Of a stretch of DNA of 64,000 nt, positions 63,431-64,000 are shown in pieces. The DNA comes from Phoronis australis (Eukaryota; Animalia; Phoronida): the NCBI GenBank assembly GCA_002633005.1, contig NMRA01000112.1:214864-278863 (forward strand). Reading direction: 5' to 3'. The notes beneath the pieces are model-generated. The model saw only the letters and a list, made by a program, of their open reading frames with translations, had not been told where the DNA came from and did not search any database. The first letter of the stretch is position 1, and each line of letters begins with the position of its first letter. Position numbers and translations under genes: made by a program.

Positions 63431-64000
63431 CTGTAATTAAAAGCAAATGATACACGCATTTGAGAAATTAAATCTGATCTGCATGAAACTGCATCCCTTT
63501 CTCTAGTTTGTGAGCTCACTCATTGTTCACAGGACCGCAGACATAAGTAGTCCTTTTGAAACAATTCAAGATAAACTGATACAATCTTCGCTTCTAGTAT
63601 TTCAACTGCATTTGGAGGACTCAAGATATAAGATGTTAACTTTACCACAGAAATATGGTGGGGACATCAGCAGATGCAGGGCTCGACATAACGAGCTGCA
63701 GGTCGCATTTGCCACCTGAAATTTGGAAATGCGAGCTGAGATTTTTGTCAGCTCGTATGGAGTCGCAAAATGCGACCTGGAATTTCCAACGAATGCGAGC
63801 TGAGTTTTTACACTTCTCAACAGATACCCGGCAAATACGAATCAGGTCTTGTTAATCCGACTGTTATTTGGTTGTTGCCAAATAGAAGTTCAAAAGAACA
63901 CTAACCGAGAACTGCCCTCCCGATGACTTGTAAGCATGTCGCGTGAACATGGGATATACAGAATCGATCTTTGACGCGTTTCATTGGCTAACACTTTCGG

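Overview
This is intron-rich, AT-rich invertebrate animal DNA, not prokaryotic, so most entries in the ORF track are noise and genes had to be assembled by hand from splice sites. Three genes are well supported: an intronless MFSD4/NaGLT1-like MFS transporter (16010-17623, +), a complete 6-coding-exon BMP-type R-Smad (Smad1/5/8, Mad; 41827-53675, +, 454 aa), and the 3' five coding exons of a PDZD11 orthologue (63430-57610, -), convergent with the Smad gene. Two further spliced genes are only partly visible in the ORF track. One is a 3-exon, TATA-driven gene for a 70-aa secreted precursor with a 4-Cys mature peptide (25401-27762, +). The other is a minus-strand type-II membrane gene or pseudogene (6396 to about 2285) with faint TNF-ligand-like motifs. 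The rest is dense in non-autonomous DNA transposons: a TTAA-flanked THAP-carrying Kolobok-like element built from two inverted 'left ends', THAP-remnant elements, Harbinger-, hAT/P- and pogo-like MITEs, a TGT..ACA mini-element with a tRNA-like core, and a Helentron-type HINE. A hierarchical 35/37 to 72 to 216 bp minisatellite lies in Smad intron 2. No database searches were run; family names come from motif recognition.
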